From Pristiophorus japonicus (Eukaryota), in contig NC_091999.1 of the NCBI RefSeq assembly GCF_044704955.1, forward strand, positions 11,656,001 through 11,720,000: a stretch of 64,000 bases of DNA. Reading direction: 5' to 3'. The number at the start of each line of letters is the position of its first letter. Position 1 is the first letter of the stretch. Both the position numbers and the translations under genes were made by a program. The notes under the pieces are model-generated. The model was not told the DNA's origin. It worked only from the letters and a program-made list of their open reading frames with translations, and ran no database searches. Below are positions 63,401 through 64,000 of the stretch, one piece after another.

Positions 63401-64000
63401 TATATTGTATCTGCCCCTATTTAACTTCCCTCTGTCTCCCTGCATAGTTTCTTATCCACCTGCCATATTAGTTTAACCCCTCCCCAACAACACTAGCACA
63501 CACTCCCCCGAGGACTTTGGTTCTGGTCCTGCCCAGGTGCAGCCCGTCCGGTTTGTACTGGTCCCACCTCCCCCAGAACCGGTTCCAATGTACCAGGAAT
63601 TTGAATCCCTCCCTTCTGCACCACTCCTCAAGACACGAATTCATCTGAGATATCCTTAGATTCCTACTCTGACGAGCACGTGAAACTGGTTGCAATCCTG
63701 AGATTACTACCTTTGAGGTCCTACTTTTTAAATTTAACTCCTAGCTCCCTAAATTCAGCTTGTAGGACCACATCCCGTTTTTTTTACCTCTGTCATTGGT
63801 ACCTAAATGCACCACGACAACTGGCTGTTCACCCTCCCCCTTCAAAATATCCTGCACCTGCTCCGAGACATCCTTGACCCTTGCTCCAGGCAGGCAACAT
63901 ACAATCCTGGTGTCTCGATTGCAATCGCAGAAACGTCTATCTATTGCCCTAACAATAGGATCCCCGACGACTATAGCTCTCCCACTTTTTTTTCCTGCCC
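60420..64000 (-). mobile_element. CR1 LINE (duplicate of ~43480-47050), runs off the window
   Basis: RT, APE and ORF1 esterase fragments; same AATTCATGGTGATGAT left flank. Confidence 0.93.

Overview
Vertebrate genomic DNA, very probably from a shark (cartilaginous fish). This is inferred from CR1 LINEs with (TTTCTATG)n tails, Deu-domain SacSINE1-like SINEs and shark-type TCR V segments. Bases 1-19.4 kb hold part of a T-cell receptor alpha/delta-type V cluster: about 10 V segments in mixed orientation. Three look intact, one has an open V exon with a doubtful leader, and the rest are pseudogenes or fragments; most keep a 23- or 24-spacer RSS. Several V genes carry CTCF-consensus motifs just beyond the RSS and/or about 260 bp upstream. 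One V has no leader intron, and one appears to be a chimera of two V families. A decayed GPR65-like GPCR follows at about 21.4-22.3 kb. From about 28.7 kb to 57.5 kb there is a decaying tandem array of an approximately 1.9-kb unit (tRNA-Asp/tRNA-Ser/tRNA-Leu plus a SINE plus a GA-rich spacer). The array is heavily invaded by nested CR1 and RTE LINEs and partly re-duplicated; LINE sequence continues to the window end. All coordinates and alignments were read by eye and no database search was run.
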